Source: Alloascoidea hylecoeti
Lineage: Eukaryota
NCBI GenBank assembly: GCA_001600815.1
Contig: BCKZ01000003.1
Location: 248,001-312,000, forward strand
Direction: 5' to 3'
Length of the DNA: 64,000 bases
Made by a program: the position numbers and the translations under genes. Under the pieces are notes generated by a model. The model saw only the letters and a list, made by a program, of their open reading frames with translations. It did no database searches and was not told where the DNA came from. How positions within the stretch are numbered: position 1 is the stretch's first letter; the number at the start of each line of letters is the position of its first letter. Of the stretch, positions 59,733 through 64,000 are shown in pieces.

Positions 59733-60827
59733 TTAAACTGATTTACTGGAAAATTCTTCATCTTCAACATCTTCCACAGAAGGTTGTCTACTAAGATTTT
59801 TAGCAGAATCATTACCTGAAACGGACATAGTATCTTCAGCTGAAGGTTCGGATTCAGTACTATTGGAAATGCCATTAACAATGTCCCAATTATCTTCTGG
59901 ATCATCTAAATCTTTTTCTGAATTTGAATTATTATTGTTACCTTCTTGAGTTATTTTTGTTTGGTAAATATCATCATCATCATCATCATTATCTTCTGAG
60001 GTTGAATTTGTCATTTCTGCATATTCTAACTCTTCAACTTGTCTTTGATCAACGATATTGGCATCTTGATTCTGTTGTATGAGAGAAGCTGGTTCTGTAT
60101 CGACTACAGGCCCTGATTCAAGAATAATACGCCGTTTCTGCTTCTTAACTTCTTTTGCTTTTGGAAAATCTATTACCAACAATCCATTGTTAAATTTAGC
60201 AGTAACTCCTTCGTCATCAACCTTGACATCTTTTGGAACTCTAACAACTCTTTTAAATTTACCATATGATCTTTCTGAAATTTTTAAAATTGCATTTGGA
60301 TCAGAAGATGATCTTGGAAGAACACCGTATACTGTTAAAGATTGTAAAGAAGGTTCATAATCAATATTTATATCATTTTGAGATACACCTGCTAAAGAAA
60401 TATAAATAGTATATGATGATTCTGTTTCATAAGCATCCAATGGGGGAGAAACGGTTTTGATGTTGTAACTTTTAACTTTCTTTGATTTAACATTACTAAC
60501 ATCAACTTTAGGCCCAGTAGATGTCTTTTGAGCATGCCTGTGGTTTGGCTTTGTGAAATTGGGCTTTGCAATTGTTGCAAAAGCTTTCCTTTCTCTAGAG
60601 TTGTTAACCTTACATCGAGGAACATTAACATTGTCAAATAAGAAATTAAGTGTACGTGGGGAGAATGATTGATCATCTGTATCATTATTAGAACCCTGGC
60701 CAAATAATCCAGACAAGATGGACCCTAAATTTTCTTCGGATAATTGTTGTTTCTGTTGAGATGAGCATTGTCTGAATCCGGCAGCAGAGGATAAAAATTC
60801 ATCAAAAGGGATTTGAAATGTGGTCAT
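59733..60827 (-). CDS. HSP42: Small heat shock protein with N-terminal extension and acidic tail, Hsp42-like
   Basis: Alpha-crystallin domain 'SPPLDAYET', 'SLAGV', 'SERSYGKFKRVVRVP' and 'AKFNNGLL', with long flanking low-complexity regions. Confidence 0.75.
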   Translation of the reverse strand: MTTFQIPFDEFLSSAAGFRQCSSQQKQQLSEENLGSILSGLFGQGSNNDTDDQSFSPRTLNFLFDNVNVPRCKVNNSRERKAFATIAKPNFTKPNHRHAQKTSTGPKVDVSNVKSKKVKSYNIKTVSPPLDAYETESSYTIYISLAGVSQNDINIDYEPSLQSLTVYGVLPRSSSDPNAILKISERSYGKFKRVVRVPKDVKVDDEGVTAKFNNGLLVIDFPKAKEVKKQKRRIILESGPVVDTEPASLIQQNQDANIVDQRQVEELEYAEMTNSTSEDNDDDDDDIYQTKITQEGNNNNSNSEKDLDDPEDNWDIVNGISNSTESEPSAEDTMSVSGNDSAKNLSRQPSVEDVEDEEFSSKSV

Positions 60828-61002
60828 TTTTAAATAGATGGTATTTAATTTAGATTTATAAATTAGGAGATTGTTTTTAGAGTATTTATAATTAAGAAAT
60901 TATTTAATCAAAAACGGAATGGAGGACAAATCAGCTTCATTTTATAAGCTAAAATTGTGGCAAAAGTGTTCAGTAATTATAACGCTATCAATAAACAAGT
61001 TA

Positions 61003-61063
61003 GAAGGTGCTTCCAGATAATGCTAGAACATCACTACAATTTTAAAGTCGTGGAACCTTCTAG
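61003..61063. promoter_or_regulatory. Degenerate heat shock elements upstream of the HSP42-like gene
   Basis: GAAccTTC (61053-61060) plus nearby nGAAn/nTTCn units. Confidence 0.45.
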
Positions 61064-61387
61064 CGTATCGTCATGCAACCGCAGGGCTGATTTAGGCGTT
61101 CCCGTTTGTTTTCGTGCATACTTACGGATTTTACCCGAAACCAATAATTTATATGCGATATTTTCATGTCGGAATATTACCGCTGATTGAATGCCTTCAC
61201 TTTTATTGATTAGATGCTTGATTCTGTCTCCTTTAAAATTTTGTGCGGCCCAGTTTTGCCATTAATATTAAAAGTATGCGATTCTTATTCTACGTATATA
61301 AGTGGCGTTAAGATTAATTAATATTGTATATCTGCATGTATTATTTATCCAGATTTGACAGTTACTTGGCTATCCAAAGGTTTTATA

Positions 61388-61521
61388 CTTATCCTATCTG
61401 TTTCTTTTCACGGGGTATAATATACGGTATAATAAATCATTGCATATAAGTATAATCTAAAATTATTATAAGACATCGGGAACTTATCATGATCAATGTT
61501 CTCTGATCAGACAGTGATAAG
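61388..61521. promoter_or_regulatory. GATAAG cluster (nitrogen GATA-factor sites) upstream of OPT
   Basis: CTTATC at 61388 and 61483, GATAAG at 61516. Confidence 0.5.
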
Positions 61522-61621
61522 GATATCTTCATTTTATACTTATATATATAGTCAAAAGAATACCAGAATTTTAACAACAAAAATTATTAAACTGGGTCCA
61601 TGTTCGGTCATCTTCATCAGA

Positions 61622-64000
61622 ATGCCTATAACTAATATTTTCAATAGGTTCAAAGCCACCAGACTTATAGATGGCCATGTTGAATCAATAGATGGCATTC
61701 CAAATGATTACTTGAATAACTCAACTTCAAAAAAGAATGAAATTGACAACAAAACTCTTGGTCCCGAAGTAATTCAAAACGTTTCAGATGATGAGGAAGC
61801 TAATATAGACAAATCAGCAGTTCCTATTTATGATGCAAATACTATTATTGACGAATCCTGTGATGATGCACCATATCCAGAGGTAAGAGCCGTAGTTAGC
61901 CCATTTGACGATCCTTCCATGCCCGTTAATACTTTCCGTGCCTGGTTTCTTGGAATTATTTCTACAATTATTGGATCGGGCGTAAACCAGTTTTTCAGTA
62001 TGAGATATCCAAGTGTTACAATTACATCATTAGTCTGTCAATTAGTATCATATCCAATTGGACAAGCTTTTGCATCAATTTTTCCAATGTGGACTTTCAA
62101 TTTTGGACGTTTGGGTAAATTTCAATTAAATCCAGATCGAAAATTCAATGTTAAGGAACATACTTTAATCACAATTATGGCTAATATATCTTTCACCTCC
62201 GCTTGGGCTACAGATATTATCCAAGCACAGGTAAAATTTTATAATAGACCTGCTCCAACTGGATTACAGGTATTAATGGTTATCACCTGCCAATTATTTG
62301 GTTTAGGTGTTGCTGGTCTAGTTGATGATATTTTGGTAAAACCCTCTTCTATGATTTGGCCAAGTACATTGGCTAATGTAGCATTATTTGATTCTATTCA
62401 TTCAAAAGAAAATGCTCAAGTAGACGGTTGGAAAATCACCAGAATTAGATTTTTTCTTTATGTATTTATTGGATCATTTATTTACTACTGGCTTCCCGGT
62501 TATATTTTCACAGCATTATCAACATTTGCTTTTATTTGCTGGGCTGCTCCTGGAAATATAGTAGTAAATCAAATATTTGGGATGCAACAAGGTCTTGGGT
62601 TATCATTAGTAACTTTTGATTGGGCACAAATTGCTTATAATCTATCACCAATTTTAACCCCTGTTTGGGCACAATTAAATGTCGTTGCTGGATGGATAAT
62701 CTTTTTTGTTATTCTTCCTCCAATACTTTATTACAAAAATAGTTTTTATTCGGCGTATCTTCCAATGTCATCTTCAACTGTATATGATCATTATGGTAAT
62801 GAATATAATGGTTCAAGAATCATTGATGCTAATGGAAAATTTATCCTGGAAAAGTATAAAGAATATTCTCCTGTATTTCTTTCCGTAACATATGCCATTA
62901 GTTATGGATGTTCTTTTGCTGTTTTGACTGCTGGTCCTGTTTATGTATATTTACAATACGGTACGGAAATTTGGAGTGCAATTAAAGGTTCCGGGAAAAA
63001 AGATATTCATGTTCGATTAATGGAAAGATATAAAGAAGTTCCGAAATGGTGGTATATTTTGTTAACTTTACTTGTCTACGTTGTTACTATTGTTATAATG
63101 GAAAAATATCATACTCAGTGGCCTGTCTGGGGTATAACTTTAGCGTTAGTAATGGTTCTTATTTTCATTTTACCAATTGGTATTATTTATGCAATCACAA
63201 ATACAAATACTAACTGTATGACTGTTCTTGGTCAAATAATTTCTGGTTATGCCCTTCCTGGATTGCCAATTGTAGCCCTTACATTTAAATTTTATGCGTA
63301 TACTGGCATTTCACAAGCAATGGCTTTTAGTCAAGATATGAAGTTAGGTTATTATATGAAAATCCCCAAAAGAAGTTTATTTTGGGCTCAGTTCATTTCT
63401 TGTGTTCTTGGTGCACTGGTTCAAGTTGGTGTTTTAATCTGGATGTTTGGAAATATTAGTGATTTATGTGATACTGATCAGTCTGATGGGTTTACCTGTC
63501 CCCAAGGACGTACCAATTTTGCAGCTTCGGTTGTTTGGGGTGCTGTTGGACCATCGCGAACATATGGAGTTGGTCAAATCTATTCTGGATTCTTACATTT
63601 ATTTTGGATAGGTGCTTTACTACCTATTATAACATACTTTCTGGCAAAAAGGTACCCAAACAATATTATTTTGAAGAATTTGAATTGGGTTGTTTTATTT
63701 GGTGGTACAGGTAATTATCCACCAGCAACTGGTATCAATTATGCTTCATGGGCTTGCTTTGGTTTATTTTTTAATTACTTTGTAAAAAGAAAATGGGGCG
63801 CTTGGTGGTCTAAATATGTTTTTGTAATGAGTTGTGCTTTAGATGTGGGTGTTGCTCTGGCTGGTATCATAATATTTTTTGCCCTTAGTTATCCAGGTGT
63901 TACCATAAGCTGGTGGGGCAATAATGTTAATAGTAACACAGCTGATGGTTTAGGGACACCTTATAAATCTTTACCTGAGACTGGGTACTTCGGTCCAGAT
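61622..64000 (+). CDS. Oligopeptide transporter (OPT family), 3' end beyond the window; absent from the ORF track
   Basis: Reading frame from the ATG at 61622 continues in frame to the window end. OPT motifs 'PYPEVRAVVSPFDDPSMPVNTFRAW', 'FNVKEHTLITIMAN', 'MIWPSTL', 'DIHVRLMERYKEVPKWWY' and 'QDMKLGYYMKIP'. Confidence 0.95.
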   Translation, partial: MPITNIFNRFKATRLIDGHVESIDGIPNDYLNNSTSKKNEIDNKTLGPEVIQNVSDDEEANIDKSAVPIYDANTIIDESCDDAPYPEVRAVVSPFDDPSMPVNTFRAWFLGIISTIIGSGVNQFFSMRYPSVTITSLVCQLVSYPIGQAFASIFPMWTFNFGRLGKFQLNPDRKFNVKEHTLITIMANISFTSAWATDIIQAQVKFYNRPAPTGLQVLMVITCQLFGLGVAGLVDDILVKPSSMIWPSTLANVALFDSIHSKENAQVDGWKITRIRFFLYVFIGSFIYYWLPGYIFTALSTFAFICWAAPGNIVVNQIFGMQQGLGLSLVTFDWAQIAYNLSPILTPVWAQLNVVAGWIIFFVILPPILYYKNSFYSAYLPMSSSTVYDHYGNEYNGSRIIDANGKFILEKYKEYSPVFLSVTYAISYGCSFAVLTAGPVYVYLQYGTEIWSAIKGSGKKDIHVRLMERYKEVPKWWYILLTLLVYVVTIVIMEKYHTQWPVWGITLALVMVLIFILPIGIIYAITNTNTNCMTVLGQIISGYALPGLPIVALTFKFYAYTGISQAMAFSQDMKLGYYMKIPKRSLFWAQFISCVLGALVQVGVLIWMFGNISDLCDTDQSDGFTCPQGRTNFAASVVWGAVGPSRTYGVGQIYSGFLHLFWIGALLPIITYFLAKRYPNNIILKNLNWVVLFGGTGNYPPATGINYASWACFGLFFNYFVKRKWGAWWSKYVFVMSCALDVGVALAGIIIFFALSYPGVTISWWGNNVNSNTADGLGTPYKSLPETGYFGPD

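Overview
AT-rich window from a budding yeast (Saccharomycotina). Short GT-AG introns are present, and CUG appears to be read as Leu. It holds a tRNA-Leu(UAA) and 17 protein-coding genes: VPS37/SRN2-like, Hsp26-like sHSP, TIM54, SHM1 (one intron), SAT4/HAL4-type kinase, an N-terminal multi-TM protein, SGT1 (one intron), an ECM21/CSR2-type arrestin, an alcohol-acetyltransferase-family gene, two tandem FRE ferric reductases (one interrupted by an assembly gap), formamidase, KRE6/SKN1, DED1, a divergent F-box/WD40 gene, an Hsp42-like sHSP and an OPT transporter running off the end. The long intergenic tracts hold decayed pogo/Tc1-mariner transposases and MITE-like elements, including a pair of ~300-bp copies in inverted orientation inside a 12.5-kb gene-free region. 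The most striking signal is a set of conserved stem-loops with CUGG loops, matching the Smaug/Vts1 recognition element, repeated in the putative 5' leaders of both ferric reductase genes. These may mark post-transcriptional control of iron uptake. Other leads are an acetyltransferase lacking its catalytic His, a possibly foreign F-box/WD40 gene, and a uORF overlapping the OPT start codon. All calls were made by eye, with no database searches.
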